Origin: the human T2T-CHM13v2.0 reference genome, Homo sapiens
Length of the DNA: 64,000 bases
Direction: 5' to 3' (one strand)
NCBI RefSeq assembly: GCF_009914755.1
Contig: NC_060926.1
The notes below the pieces were generated by a model. It searched no databases. It saw only the letters and a list, made by a program, of their open reading frames with translations, and was not told where the DNA came from. Numbering within the stretch: the stretch's first letter is position 1; every line of letters begins with the position of its first letter. Positions 39,601 through 55,499 of the stretch are shown here, in pieces. Made by a program: the position numbers and the translations under genes.

Positions 39601-41204
39601 AATTCCTTGATATATCTGATTCTTACAAAAAAAAATGATGACCAGCACTTCAGCGAGGCAAGATAGCTAGATTTTCCCTTTGGTCTGATATCCAGCCAAG
39701 AGCTTTGGTCACTAATGATTAAAGGAACAATGGTAACCTATATTCTGAATAAGTGACCAGAAGCCATTTTGAGTGGCAAACTTCTCATTCTGCAAAAGTT
39801 CTGAGTAATCACAAAGAAAGAAAGATTCTAGATCAGGGAGTAAACTTCGACCTTTCATCTCATTAGCAGAACACTTTTCCTTGATTTCCCTTTTTAAACT
39901 GTCTTCTAAGTGCCAGCTGCCAGGTCTTTGCTAATTTCCCTGCAAAAACAAAAGAGACTGTGATCTTGTAGACCCTGATGGTTTATCAAACCGTCAGCTA
40001 CGCCTTTGCAATGCCTCATGCAGAATGCCTGCTTTATTTCTTTTGGTTAAAAAATACATTTTCTAATATTTAAGTGTCAAGGCATTGGAATTTTTACTTT
40101 TACTTTCTTCAGATCATAAGGAAGAAATGTTAATACACATAACTCCTCCCTAACAGAGCTCTATTATTTTATTTCTTTTATATCACTTGCAGTTACTGTT
40201 TTTCAAATTTATTTGTTAAAGAGTTTATTGTATTTCTGGCTCCATTAATGTAAACTTCATGAGTGTAAGGATCTATTCCGTCTTTTTGAAGTTGCTGGAA
40301 TAGTGCATGAAACACAGTTGGTTCTCAATAAATGCTTGTTTGATAAAGGCATATCCCCAAAAGAAGTGATTGACCGTAAATTATGTGGGTCTACATTCTG
40401 AGATGTTGGTTAGAAATTTGGAAAAAAAGCCTCTGCTTTCTTCTTTATTTTTCAGCCTATAAATTTTTATTCATTCCTTATTCTTCATAGGCACTGTGTT
40501 TAGCATTGGATTTAAGGTGGCAGATGTAATGGATATAATCCCTGTTTTGAGAACTTCAGTAGAACACATAATGTATTTTATAAACTATATCTGTGCGATT
40601 TTATTAAGATTTTGATGGAAATTCTAGTGGTTAATATGTCGACACTTTTAGGTAACATTTGATTATATGACAACTAAAGATCAAGATGTATTGGGTCAAT
40701 GCAATGTGCTAGCCATTGTGTTAAGACTTCAATAAAGTATTGAATTTTAATCCTAAAATATACTCTGAGACATAGACATTATTATCTCAATTTTTCCTAA
40801 GGAGAAAATAATGGAGCTTCATATAATGTAAGTAACTTGCTTGTCCTCACATTGTAAGTCTCCAAAACAGAATTGAGAAGCTGGAACCCAGGACTAACTC
40901 TCAACCCGTGAATTTTTCAGCCACCTTCAACCCAGAGAAGGAATTTAAACCTACAAAAAGAGATAACTTGGGAAACTCTAGTTTTTGAGAAAATTATTGA
41001 AATAAAAATATGACTATCCACTTGAACTTGCAATGTGAAAAAAAAGTCCTTTTAATTTTTATACCACAAGTTTTCATGAAATGCTTAGTAGTGACAAGTA
41101 CTCTGAAATAATGACCGCTTTCAGATGGTTTATATATTTCTTCAGGTCCTAAGTTTAATCAGATATTATGTTAATATAGTATGAATTAAACATATTCTAT
41201 GAAG

Positions 41205-44200
41205 GGAGACATGTAAGTGATTAATATGCAATCAAAAGGTGCTCAACACCATTAGTCACTAAGGAAATGTGAATTAAAGTCACAATGAGATACCATTGCA
41301 CACCACCAGCACCAGCATGGTGAATTAAAAAGACAATAACACAGGCAACACCAAAATATTGGTAGGCTATGGTATAACAATAACCCTCATACATTGTTAG
41401 TAGCAATGTAAAATGGTACATTTAGAAAAACGTTCTGATAGTTTCTTATAAAATCAAATCTACCATATCCTATGATTCAGCAACCCACTTGTAGGTGCTT
41501 ACTCAATATATGTGTAGTCATGTGATTACAAAAAGATATATGAAATAATGTTCATAGAAGCTTTATTTATCAGAGCTGAAAACTGGAAAGAGACCAGGAG
41601 AATGGGCAAACATACTGGAATATTTATACAATGGAATACTACCCAATATAAAAAGGAATGAACCACCAATATAAAACATAGATGAATTTCAAAAACATTA
41701 TGTTGAAAGAAAGTAGCCTGACACAAAATATTGCAAACAATATGATTCCATGTCCATTAGGTTCTAGAACAGGCTGCATTAATCTATTATAAAAATGGTC
41801 AGAACAGTGACTTCTATGGAAGGTTGAGTGGGAGGATTGACGGAGAAAGAACTTAAGGTCTATCTCAGACTCTAGAATAAGAATAATATTCTGTATCTCT
41901 ACAGTTGTCTTTGTTACATTGTTGTGTATACTTATCAAAATTCATCAAATGGTATACTTAAAACTTGTGGATTTCAGTGTAGGTGACATGGTTTTGCTGT
42001 GTCCCCATCCACATCTCACCTTGAATTGTTAGAATTCCCAAGTGTCAAGGGCAGGGCCAGGTGGAGATAATTGAATCATGGGGGCCATTTCCCCCATACT
42101 GTTCTCCTGGTAGTGAATAATTCTCAGGACATCTGATAGTTTTATAAAAAAGAATTCCCCTGCACAATTTTTCTTAACTTGCCACCATGTAAGACATGCT
42201 TTTGCTTCTCCTTTTCCTTCCGCCATGATTGTGAGGCCTCCCCAGCCATGTGCAGCTGTGAGTACATTAAACCTCTTTCTTTTATAAATTACCCAGTCAC
42301 AGGTATTATTTATTAGCAGCATGAGAACAGACTGATACAGTTGGTATTTGGTAGTGAGGTGCCGCTGTAAAGATATCAGAAAATGTGGAGGTGACTTTGG
42401 ACCTGGGTAATAACAGGCAGAGGTTGGAGCAGTTTGGAGGGCTCAGAAGAAGATAAGAAAATACGGGAAAGTTTGAAACTTCCCAGAGACTTGGAGGGCT
42501 CAGAAGAAAACAGGAAAATATGAGAAAGTTTGGAACCTCCTAGAGATTTGCTGAATGGCTTTTAGCAAAATGCTGATAGAGATATGGACAATAAAGTATA
42601 GGCTGAGGTGGTCTCAGATGGTGATGAGGAACTTCTTGGGAACTGAAGGAAAGGTTGTTATGCAGAGACTGGCAGCATTTTGCCCCTGCCCTAGAGATAT
42701 GTGGAGCATTGAACTTCAGAGAGATGATTTAGGTTATCTGGCAGAAGAAATTTCTAGGTGGCAAAGTGTTCAAGATGAAGCAGAGCATAAAAGTTTGAAA
42801 AATTTGCAGCCTAACAATGCAATAGAAAAGAAAAATCCATTTTATGGGGAGAAATTCAAACCCACAGCAGAAATTTGCATGAGTAATGAGAAGCCAAACA
42901 CTAATCACCACAGCAATGGGGAAAATATCTCCAGGGCATGTCAGAGACCTTCACAGTTACCCTTCCCATCACAGGTCCTGAGCCTAGGAGAAAAAAAAAA
43001 AATGGTTTTCTTGGCACGGCCCAGAGCCCCCTTACTTTGTGCAGTCTTGGGACTTGGTGCCATGCGCCCCAGCCACACCAGCCATGGCTAAAAGGGCCCA
43101 AGGTACAGCTCAGGCTATGGCTTCGGAGGGTGCAACTTCAAGTCTTGGCAGCTCCCACGTGGTGTTGGTCCTGCAGGTGTGCAGAATGCAAGAATTCAGG
43201 TTTGGGAACCTCCACCTAGATTTCAGAGGATGAAAGGAAATACCTGGATATCCAGGCAGAGGTGTGTTGCAGGGGTGGAGCCCTCATGGAGAACATCTGC
43301 TAGGGCAGTGCAGAAGGAAAACGTGGGGTTGCAGCCCCCACACAGAGTTCCCACTGGGGCACTGCCTAGTGGAGATATGAGAAGAGGGCCACCATCCTCC
43401 AGATCCCAGAACGGTAGATCCACAGACAGCTTTTACTAGGCACTTAGAAAAGCTGCAGACACTGAATGCAAGCCCATGAAAGCAGCTGGGAGGGGAGCTC
43501 CACCCTGCAAAGACACAGGGGTAGAGCTTCCCAAGGCCATGGGAGCCCACCTCTTGCATCAGCAAGACCTGGATGTGAGACATGGAGTCAAAGGAGATCT
43601 TTTTGGAGTTTTAAGATTTGACAGCCTTGTTGAATTTCAGACTTGCATGGGGCCTGTAGCCCCTTTGTTTCGGCCAATTTGTCCCATTTAGAATGGGTGT
43701 ATTTACCCAATGCCTGTACCTCCATTGTATCTAGGAAGTAACTAACTTGCTTTTTATTTTACAGGCTCATAGGCAAAAGGGACTTGCCTGGACTCAAATG
43801 AGACTTTGGACTGTGGACTTTTGAGTTAATGCTAAAATGAGTTAAGACTTTGGGGGACTGTGGGGAAGTCATGATTGGTTTTGAAATGTGAGGACCTGAG
43901 ATTTGGGAGGGGCCGGGGTGGAATGATATGGTTTGGTTGTGTCCCCACCCAAATCTCACCTTGAATTGTAATAATCCCCATGTGTCAAGTGCAGGGCCAG
44001 GTGGAGATAATTGAATCATGGGGGCTATTTCCCCCATACTGTTCTTCCGTTAGTGAATATGTCTCCAGAGATGGAATAGTTTTATAAATGAGAGTTCTTC
44101 TCAATCTGTCTTGCCTGCCTCTCTTGACATGCCTTTGCTTCTCCTTTGCCTTTCACCATGATTGTGAGGCCTCCCCAGCCATGTGGAACTGTGAGTCCAT

Positions 44201-44500
44201 TAACCTTCTTTCTCTTATAAATTACCCAGTCTCAGATATGTCTTTATTAGCAGCATAAGAACAGACTAATACAGTAGGTAAATGTTACCTGAAAAAAAAA
44301 GCAAGTATTTAACTCTACTTAATAATATACAAACCACATATATAGGGACAAAGTATACTTATATTTGCAACTTACTTTGGACTGTATCATGGAATAAGAT
44401 GGATGATATGGAGACGGATGTATGGATAGACATGTGCTCACTGTACAATTATTTCAACTTTACTGTATGTTTCAGTATTTTCATAATAAAATGTTAGAAA
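41205..44500 (+). mobile_element. Old L1M 3' region split by the THE1 insertion (41205-41983 and 44279-44500)
   Basis: 'ggtgctcaacaccattagtcactaaggaaatg...aatgagataccattgcacacc' and 'tacaatggaatactac'. The sequence resumes after the TSD. Confidence 0.75.
41984..44273 (+). mobile_element. Full-length THE1 (THE1C/D-like) MaLR element: LTR 41984-42339, internal region, LTR 43924-44273
   Basis: Two homologous ~350-bp LTRs (tga(c/t)atggttt...gact(g/a)ataca), a typical THE1 internal region, and a perfect 5-bp TSD gtagg at 41979-41983 and 44274-44278. Confidence 0.95.
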
Positions 44501-45289
44501 AAATAAGAATTTGCTTAAGTCCTCTAATATTGGAATTCTTGCATAAATTCTGTAAAATGAAGCCCTCCTGACTCTCTCAAACAGAATCAATCCCATATTC
44601 TTCTCTATGTCTATGAGGCATAGGAAATTAGGATGCTAAGCAAGAATTATTTGAATCTTCTTTTCATTATATATTTATTGCTTAAATATGTTACCTAAAT
44701 GATGAATCAATGTTGTTGTATTATGAATTATTTATAAGTCGGTCACTGCTATGGCTATTTAGCACTCTGCTCTATACTACAGTTAGTTATATTAATATTT
44801 ATGCTGCTACTAGGCCGTAGTACTTTGAAACCAGGGGTTATTTGTATGTATTTTTCTGTTTGCAACATTTAATGCACTGTTTTATGTACAGTTGGTACCC
44901 TCAAATTATTTGTTAAACAGAATTACATTATGATCATTGTTCACTTTTTTTACTTCCTATATGTCACTTTTTTCTTAACAGATGAGTCCTTCTATTCAGC
45001 CTTCCCAATCTTTATGATCTTTTCTGAATTTCTAGAAAAAATAGAACTGAAGTTTTTAATTAAAAGAGCAGTTTTGATTTTATGGGTAAAACTCCTGATC
45101 ATTGTTTGGATTGCATATAGTGCTGTTCCATGTGAGAAATAATGGTTGCTCATATGTATTGCGTTAATGCCTTTTCAACAATTATTCTTACCTACAGGTG
45201 GAAAGACTTTCTGACTACCTTCCAAAATTTTTGTCAGATTTCTTAGAAAGATTATTTATAGTAGTTTCTCTACTAAACACTGGTTTTAA

Positions 45290-46011
45290 ACAATATGGCA
45301 GTTCCTCAAAAAAATAAAAATAAAATATCATATGATCTAGCAATCCCAATCCTGAGTATATCTTAAAAATATAAAATCAGTATGTCAAAAGTGTCTCTAC
45401 TCCTATGTTTATTGCAGCATTATTTACAGTAGCCAAGATATGGAATCATTTTGTGTCCAACAGCAGATGAATGGATGAAGAACATGTAGTAAGTGTACAC
45501 AGTCACTGTACACTGTTATGGCTGATAAGCCATAAAATGAATGAAATCCTGTCATTTGAAAAAATATGCATGGACCTGAAGGACATAATGTTAAGTGAAA
45601 TAAGCCAGACACAGAAATACAAATACTTCATGATCTCACTCATATGGAATTGAAAAAATTGAGCTGATATCCAGAGAATAGAAAGAACAGTGGTTACCAG
45701 AAATTAAGAGTCCAGGTACGTGGGAGGAGGGAGAAAGCGAAGGATAGGCTGACATTGGTCAGTGGGTACAAAGTTAAAATTAGATAGGAGGAATAAATCT
45801 GGTGTTCTGTTGCACAGAAGCGTGATGCTAAAGGTAAGGTGTTTTACAAAATAGCTAGAAGGGAGGTTTTTGAATATTCTCATTGCAAAAAAGTGATAAA
45901 TGCATGAAGTGATGAATATGATAAATACTCTGATCATTATACAACATATGTATTAAAACATCAAAGTGTACTCCATAAATATGCACAATTACAATGTGTC
46001 AATTAAAAAAA
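45290..46011 (+). mobile_element. L1MA (MA4/MA5-like) 3' end
   Basis: 'catatgatctagcaatccca...gtttattgcagcattatttacagtagccaagatatgg...tagataggaggaataa...gtgtcaattaaaaaa'. Confidence 0.85.
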
Positions 46012-47104
46012 TGCCAGCTTGGTTTTTACATGATTCTGAGAACCTCATTGCAGAAGCAACCACTGAAGCATCATCTCGGTTGTTGATGAATTTGCTTGCA
46101 GTCATCATTGAGGTGACTTTTAGCTTCAGCACTAGTTGGTTTAGGAAGTAATTTGTAAATGATAATAGATACAATTATTTAGGTATCCATGATTATCATG
46201 ACAGTAGGAAGGAGCTGGTAATAACCTGTGATTTCAAATCTAAGCAAAAGAAAGAAAATTGGTGAAAGAGAATATAACAATTCTGTGTTGAATTAAGTTC
46301 AAACGTATGTCAAGTATCTATATATTCATCCTGTTGAGTATCATGTCTAGGATACAAAAAAGCATGGAACATGGACTCTGTCCTTGACGGGCATATTTCA
46401 GTGCAAGAGGAGAAAACAGTCACCCCATGGAACAAGAAAATATGTCATGTTACTACAGTTAGGACCTTTCTAATTCACTCACCTATAACTTTCATAGAAA
46501 AGACCAACTTTTCATTAGTTGGAGGTTTAAGGTGGTTTTCAGAAGCTATTTTCAAAGTAGATAAAAGTAAAATTCTGATTTCCTCACAGCTCTGTCTCTG
46601 AAATATGGTTGTTGCAAAAACCACATCTGTCCTAGAGAGTGTCCCTGAAATGAACTAGAAGTTGTACCCACAATCTCTGAGAGGTGGCACTATGAGTCTG
46701 GACGAATTCATGACAGAAGAAAGAAGTGAGGGGAAAGAAAATATGGGAATTTTTAGTACACAGGTAGCAGGAATATTGGTAAAATGGTTTTATTTTTTTA
46801 CATACATAGTCACTGCTCAGTACCAAATAATAGTGACAGCTCATTCCATAAATATATGATTTTAATGAGGTTAAGTGCATATTAGTTTTCAGTTTTATAA
46901 ATTAAAAATCTATTAAACTTTTTATGAAATGGCCTACTACTAATAATCTCATCAATATCCATATGGTTATTTCTTTGTTAATAAATATGATTTTAGATTA
47001 ATAAAAATAAATTTAGATTAATATTTTAAGGATTTTAAATATTTCACTAAACACATAAATAGACATCAATACAATGGCTTCCTTTCTTATTTAGTATTAG
47101 TAAG

Positions 47105-47290
47105 TCAGTACAGCAGAGTGAATAAGAATGTCTTCTCTGCAGCTCAACTCCCTGACTTCAAATTCCATGTGGAGAGTTAATAGCTGTGTTAATTTGAGTG
47201 AGTTAATTTACTTCTTTCTGGCTTAAATTTCTTATCTACAATAGAATGTGTAATATTGGCATGAGGATTTACAAGTTCATGTGTGCACGT
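47105..47290 (+). mobile_element. MIR fragment, followed by (TA)-rich low-complexity sequence to ~47700
   Basis: 'cagtacagcagagtgaataagaatg...tagctgtgttaatttgagtgagttaattta...tttcttatctacaatagaa'. Confidence 0.55.
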
Positions 47291-47984
47291 ATGTAATATT
47301 TTCTCTATATATCCATAGACATATATATCTACATATAAATATATACATGTGTACACACTTATATATATGTATATATGTATAAGTGCATACATGTATACAT
47401 TTATATGTAGATATATATGTATTTACATTATGTATATAAAATCTTCGTTTTCTGACACATAGTAAATAATTGAATAGTAATGCTTGCTATACAGATATAG
47501 GCACAAAATATTATATACATAAGCATTATATATATCTTAGATCATTGCCTGGAATGTATTTGCTACTATTACTTGCTATTTAAAAAGTATATGTATATAT
47601 GTAACATTATGAATTGTGTATGTAATATATATCTCTAATATTATATATGCACTTATATGTGATATTTCATATATATAGGCACAAAATATATATGCATTTA
47701 TATTTTGGAACATTGCATGACACACTGTAATTACTATTATTATTTAGTAATAGCAATGTGATGAGAAGAATAGGTATACTTCTGGAAAATATTAGATTTT
47801 TAAAAAACAATTTATAAAAATACAATGTAATTCTGTTCAGTATAATTAGAGTTGCTCCTACCCTTTCCATCTGGTTGTTTTTAGCAGCTTGAAATAACAT
47901 AGCCTGCTTTTAAGGCTAATTATTTTAAATATTGGCTAATCATGGCAAAATTTAAATTACCAGGGCCGATTTACCCAGCAAATT

Positions 47985-49325
<1,341 letters not shown>

Positions 49326-51925
49326 TGGTAAATTCCAGTGTATGTAAATTATCAAAACATTGAAAAGTAGTTTGTTGAAGTGAGGGTGGTGATTGTGGTT
49401 ACAGCGGAGATTAAATAAAACTTACGACATAGTATCCACTATTCAAGACTTGTTTTCCTATGATTCTAAAATTATCTAACCATGAAGCATTAAACTGATT
49501 TGTGAAAAAATATCCATAAGATGAGTTGATTTATTCAGTACTATCTACACCATTTCCCTGGAGATTAAATGGAAAGTGATGAGTGAAAGCAATTTCAAAA
49601 GAAGCAGCAAGAACTGGAACAGGTTGTTTTATTAGTTATGAAATAAACCTATACCTTTAAATATTAATAATTTCCCCATGATAATTTATAAAGTAATAGT
49701 TAAGGTTCATAATATCGATAAATGTTTTAATTTTTAATTGTTTTGAGATCATTAATAATATTTTAGTGGGGCTGTTAGCTCTCAGTAAATCCTTTTGAGT
49801 TGGATCAAGAAAATGCTTATAATGTCTTTCTATATAAGATACGTAAATCCACAGGATGGCCACACAGGTTTTATAAATTGATTTACAAACTTCAGTTATC
49901 TGCCCCATGAAAAGCAATGTTTTGAAAAGGGTAGTGAGAACAAAAACCACACAAATCACACAAGCCTGTAGTTTGATTTCATTCACAATTGTCACAGCAC
50001 ATAAGAGTGCAGAGAGAGAGAGTGAGATAACCCAATAAGGTAGATGAGAGATTAAAAAAGTATCATCACTCACTTGTGATTGTATTCCCTTTCCTCAGAA
50101 GGCACACAAAAAAATCATCTCTTTATCTACAGCTCAATAAAGCAAAATCTGAATGATGTCACCATGAATGAAAATGATTTCATAGAAACCATTACAGGAT
50201 GTGCTGAAGAATAACCCAAGGGAAAGAAAAGATAGGAAGATTATTTGATTGAATAACATCAGGTGCATATACATATTTTACATAAGCATATTCCCATGAT
50301 AGATATAGAATCTAATTTGAGATTTGTAACTCTTTCATAAAAGCATCCATGTTTGTGATCTTGCAAAGCTGCTTACCCCAAAGATAAATTATATCCCTAG
50401 GTTTTCAGACAACTAGCAATGGCCTTACATATGTCCCTTTTTCATTTTACATTTTAACTTTATTTAATAAATGCAAAGAAGTTTAAGATATTGTGACGTG
50501 GCCTTATATAACTTATTTGACAAGGGATTGACTAACAAAATAATACTTACTAGCGCTGTAATTTCTTATGGCACTTTATTTGTTAATGCTAGAATCTAAT
50601 AGATGTTTTCCAGTTGAACCTATTATTTGGGGAAATTAACATACATGAGATATGAGAAAAACATGTATTCAAAAGGAAAAAGTGCAGAGACAATGAAAAC
50701 TCAAATTAAATCATATATTTATGCTAAAGGGATCTTTTAGTTGTGTTTGTTTTTATTTAACAGAAGAAGTCTTATATTTAAAGGCCTCAAACAACTATTA
50801 AAGGAATCTAAATTGATTAAATCTTCCAAAGAAACTGATTCTAAATATCTACAGGTAGTTTTAAAAAAGAAAGAAAAAGTCTTGTCTCATATCAAGAAGT
50901 GTTCAGAAGTGGTCTATTATTAATAATTAATTTAGACTCCTCTGTCAAAACATTAGTCATATGTTTGCTATTAATGTCAGTTTAATCGATGCTTTCATGT
51001 GGAAATCTCAGATTTCTGCCTAATATGGCTTTCCAAGACAATACTCCAAGAATAGGGTGAGTGGGGAGGGGGAGTTAATAAGAAATGTCTAATCATTCTT
51101 TAATTACCATTTAAAATAAATGACACTCAAACAGAAAATGTGATGAAAAATAGATTAAAATAGAGCTATTACTCACACAAGATAGACAGTTTTTCCTCTC
51201 TATTTCAAAGCCAACCCCTAGCAGATAGGCAAAGACCCAATTAGTTGGATAAATGAAAAATTTACTTGAATGTTATCAAAAAATATGGTGGGCAAATAAC
51301 TAATTTGCATGTGCCCTTTGTATAATAGACAGTAGTGTTCAAAAGAAAAGAAAACAAATCCAGAAAACAGAAAACATCTGTACTGTACTGTTCATCTCTT
51401 CTCATTTATGCATGCCCATGTTTTTACCTCTTTCCTAGCTCTTTGAAAGTGTGCTTACGTAAGTGTTATTGCTTTCAAACAGTCAAGTCCTATGCCAGTT
51501 TGGAGGATATGGGTGTTTTAATGAAGAATATATAATACTTGAAATTATGAGGTTTGTGTTCAAATTGTGACGAGGTAATATTAAAACAATTATTTTATGC
51601 TTTTTAAAAGTATGTATTTTACTACCTGAGTGTCAATTTAAATCATAACTATGGCATTTATTACATGTGTGCCTTTGAACATATAATTAAATTTTATAGT
51701 CTCAGGTTCCTCATTTGTTAAATAGGGCAAAGGACACTCATCTTAAATAATTGTTAAGTAATTGAACATAGAAATGTCTAGCATATTGCTGGGGCATGGG
51801 AAACACAGTAAATATTAACTAAATCTGCAAAAAAAGTTTTAAATCTGAAAAAGTGTCCTGAGACACTTGAAAATAGAAAATAACTTTGGAAAACAGGAAA
51901 TAATAATTTTATTGTTTTTTGTCCC

Positions 51926-52054
51926 AAAGAGAAGACAATGGATTCCATAAATTATTGATCCATGAGCTTGATATCTCTCAAGAGCAAAATTCTGCAGTGG
52001 ATTAAATACATGCTCTGTGAGCATTTACCAGAGGAAATGGTTATGATCAAGAGC
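51926..52054 (+). mobile_element. L3/CR1 LINE RT remnant
   Basis: Translates KEKTMDSINY*SMSLISLKSKILQWIKYMLCEHLPEEMVMIKS, versus CR1 KKGKK.D.GNYRPVSLTSIPGKILEQIIK..VCEHL...VITRS. Confidence 0.7.
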
Positions 52055-52749
52055 TATTGAATATTTATAGAACATATACATTTTAAATTGACCTTTTATA
52101 TGTATTTCATAGGTACCTGACAAACTATGAAGGTGGTTTATTGTAGCCAAACATTTGTGAGGTATTTACTGATATTATTAGTATTTAGTAAATATTCCTA
52201 AATATATAAAAGTTTCAAATCAAGCTAAGAAACAGTTACATAAAAAATTATTTGATCTTACAACTTTGCAAATTATATCTTTATTATGATGAAATAAAAG
52301 TATGGATAAGCTATCGTTCTCACATGACTAAAGTTGGGAAATATCAAACATGATTAAATTTATGATTCTATGTGTCTAAATTGCTACTGAGGCTAGTACC
52401 TTTTGGGTAAGTAATAAAAGGAAGATGCATAATTCACAAATTGTTACATAGTTATCTCATAAATTGTTTTCTTGACTTCATTTTAGCAAAATCACTATTT
52501 ATATTATTAATAATTGTGATTTTCATTTACTTTTTGTTCTCCTGACCGTATGACACAAATTATTAAAGTATTGTGATTGCATTTGTGTGATATATAATTA
52601 TTTCATAAAATGTATAGATTAATATAAAAGTATAAAATCTTACAAAATATTCATAATTAAGTAAAAGAAAAATTATAATTATTAATAATATTAACATTTT
52701 AAAATAATATTTCAATAAAGCTGATTTTTAAAAATCTAGATCTTATAAA

Positions 52750-53440
52750 ATATTTTTTTCAATTTTATTTGGAAGTAATTTTAAATTTATAGATAACTTA
52801 CAAAATAAAGAAGTACAAAGAACACTCATATACTTGTACACAGATTTGTCTGTTGTTGACATTTTATCACATTTGGTTTATCATTTACTCTTTGTTTTCT
52901 ATACAAATATGTAAGCATACACACACACATAATTTCTTCCTGGGTTATGAGTAAGTTAGGTATATCATAGCCCTATACCTGTAAATGATTTATTGTCTAT
53001 TATCTAAGAATAGGTATATTCTTTTATATTACCACAGTTTAGTCACAACTTCAGTACATTTAACTGGGTATATCATACATTTATCAGGTCTACCATTGTA
53101 CTTCAAAGATTGACTCAAAAATATAACATTTTGTTCCCCTAGTAAGGGATACAGGATAGGGTTAGGAATTGCATTTGATTTTCATGTCTCTTTGTACTCC
53201 TTTAGTCCAGAACAGTTCCAGTGCTTTCTTTCACTTTTATGACATGGACATTTTGGAAGAATACAGTCAGTGCCTCTCACTGTGTTTTGTTTCATTTTGT
53301 GTTGTTTTGTTTTTCTTAATAGAACATTTCACATTTTTGTTTTCTGACATTTTATTGGATGTAGTTTTGACTTATGCATTCTCATCCAAAATACTGCCTA
53401 GGTCATGATGTCGTGTCCTTTTCAGGATATCACATCTACA
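52750..53440 (-). mobile_element. Old L1MC-like 3' region
   Basis: Antisense 'ttttatttggaagtaattttaaatttatag...tacaaagaacactcatatac...ttgcatttgattttcatgtctcttt'. Confidence 0.65.
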
Positions 53441-53446
53441 GGTATG

Positions 53447-53805
53447 CATCTTAGTCCATTGGGGCTGCTATAACAAAATACCATACAGTGGGTGGCTTAA
53501 ATAACAAAAATTATTTTCAAAGTTCTAGAGGCTAGGAAATCTCTGATTCAGATGCCAGCAAATTGTGTGTCTGGCAAAGACCCTCTCCAGTTTGCAAATA
53601 GCTACCTTCTTCTATGCTCATATTGTGGAAAGAGGGAGTGTGCTAGTCTCTTTTTCTTTTGGTAAAGGAGCTAGTGCCCTTTGGGGGCACCACCCTCATA
53701 ACCTCATCCAAACTTAATTACCTATCAAAGGCCCCACGTCCAAATGCCATTGCATTAGGACTTCAACATATGAGTTTGGGGATGACAAACATTCAGTCCA
53801 GCGCA
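53447..53805 (-). mobile_element. MLT1A-like MaLR solo LTR
   Basis: 'tcttagtccattggggctgctataacaaaatacca...ggtggctta...cttcaacatatgagtttgggg...acaaacattcagtcca'. Confidence 0.85.
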
Positions 53806-54853
53806 ACACAATGTCCCTTTTTTGTGTCCCCTGTTAGAACTAGGAAGTAGTCTTCAAGAAGACACTTTATTTATAAACAATCTCATATGCTTAAATAATA
53901 GGTAGTTTCTAATATTTTGCAGTTATATGTAATGTTGCCATGAATAACTTTGTAAATGTATATTTTTATATTTTTGAAAGTGTTAGTGTAAATTCCTTGA
54001 AGTGGGATTCCTGGGTGGAAGGGCAAACGCATAGTAGCTTGGGAGAATTCCCTCGTTAAGACAATCGGAGCCCGGTGCTTTGTTGTGGGGTAGTTCCCTG
54101 GTAACTATCTCTGTTTCGTGTATGGTTAGTCATCTGTTAAAACTATCTTCCTCTACTTCGGTAAGTTTTGGTAGTCTATTTGCCTAAGATATTATCCATT
54201 TCCTGCACATTTTCAAAGATACTATAAGTGGGTAGAATGTACTAGCATGATTTACAAAAAAACTTCTCTGTATGAATAATTATCTCCCTCTTGTCATTTC
54301 TTATTTTGTGAATATGTTTTCTCCCTACTTTTTAAATTATATTAAATAGTGTGTTTCCTATTTTAATAAAAATTTGTACATATCAGAATTATTATATGTT
54401 AATGCAATCTATTGATTTTTCTGTTCTTTACCTCATTTATTTTTGCTTGTATGTTTATTATTGTCTTCTTTGTATTTTACTTCATTTTGCTATTTTTAAT
54501 AATTTTATGTGATGGGAATTTGTTACATTTTTATTTCATTGATACATATTTTTGGAGACTTGAATTTTCCTCTGATTTCTGTTTTAATTATATCTTACAG
54601 TTTCTGATATAGCAGATTTATTATTTTTCAGAAGTTGTATTTCTGTTTGTATATCCCTGTCATCCAAGAGCCATTTAATAGAACCTCTTTTAATGTGCAA
54701 GCAAGGACCTTTTGCATTTTTTTTGTTCATTTAAAATTTCTAGTTTTATTTTATTGTGTCAGAGAAAGTTGATTGTAACATTGCTACTTTGGACTTGCTG
54801 ATGTTTCCATTGTGCTCAAGAAAATGATAAACTTTTGTGAAACTTCCATGTGA

Positions 54854-54854
54854 G

Positions 54855-54887
<33 letters not shown>

Positions 54888-54918
54888 CTCTGTCTGTCTG
54901 TCTGTGTGTCTATCTATC
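54854..54918. repeat. (TCTA)n/(TCTG)n microsatellite occupying the tail position of the adjacent Alu
   Basis: Directly visible tetranucleotide run abutting the Alu 3' end. Confidence 0.9.
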
Positions 54919-55201
54919 TTGAGATAGGATCTCATTCTGTTGCCCATTCTGGAGAGCAGTTGCATGATCACAGCTCAATGCCGCCTCAACTTCCCAACCT
55001 TAAGCAGTCCTTCCACTTCAGCTTTCTGAGTAGGTGGGACCACAGGTGTGCACCACCACACCCTGGTAGTTATTTTTGAAGAGACAGTGTCTCCCTATGT
55101 TGCCCAGGCTGGTCTGGTCTCAAACTTTTGGGCTCAAGTGATCCTCCTGCTTTGGCCTCCCAAAGTGTTGGGATTACAGGTGTGAGCCACCACACCTGGC
55201 C
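54919..55201 (-). mobile_element. AluJ-type
   Basis: Antisense 'gagataggatctcattctgttgccc...ctatgttgcccaggctgg...gggctcaagtgatcctcctgc...gagccaccacacctggcc'. Confidence 0.92.
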
Positions 55202-55499
55202 CAGTAGCAATATTTTAAATCAAAAGTATTTAAAGCCGAATTTTATTTAATATATAGTAATTTGACCTCATTAAGTATTTTTATTAAGACAAAATATCTC
55301 ATATTTTTAATGTTTACATTTTTAGTGTTCATATTTCTTGTGGTCACATTTCTAGTGTTCAAGTTGATTCTCAATGTAAACAGTTGTTACCTTTCATCAC
55401 AAATGCTACATTTAGACCAGAGTTTCTCAACCCAAGCATTACTTATATTTTGTGCTGCCTAATTTATTGTTGCCCTGGTCTAGTGAGAGCATAGTTCCC

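Noticed and set aside
42555-43691. Cluster of ORFs up to 178 aa
   Set aside because: All lie within THE1-int and are fragments of the decayed MaLR ORF or alternative frames.
47300-47700. Palindrome-rich TA/CA tract
   Set aside because: Ordinary (TA)n/(TG)n low-complexity DNA, where self-complementarity is expected by composition.
50764-50854. Possible exon RSLIFKGLKQLLKESKLIKSSKETDSKYLQ
   Set aside because: Weak donor (GTAGTT), A-rich low-complexity coding and no recognisable protein. It may be another decayed LINE piece.
51929-52003. Apparent terminal exon REDNGFHKLLIHELDISQEQNSAVD*
   Set aside because: Another frame of the same bases matches CR1/L3 reverse transcriptase, which explains the sequence better.
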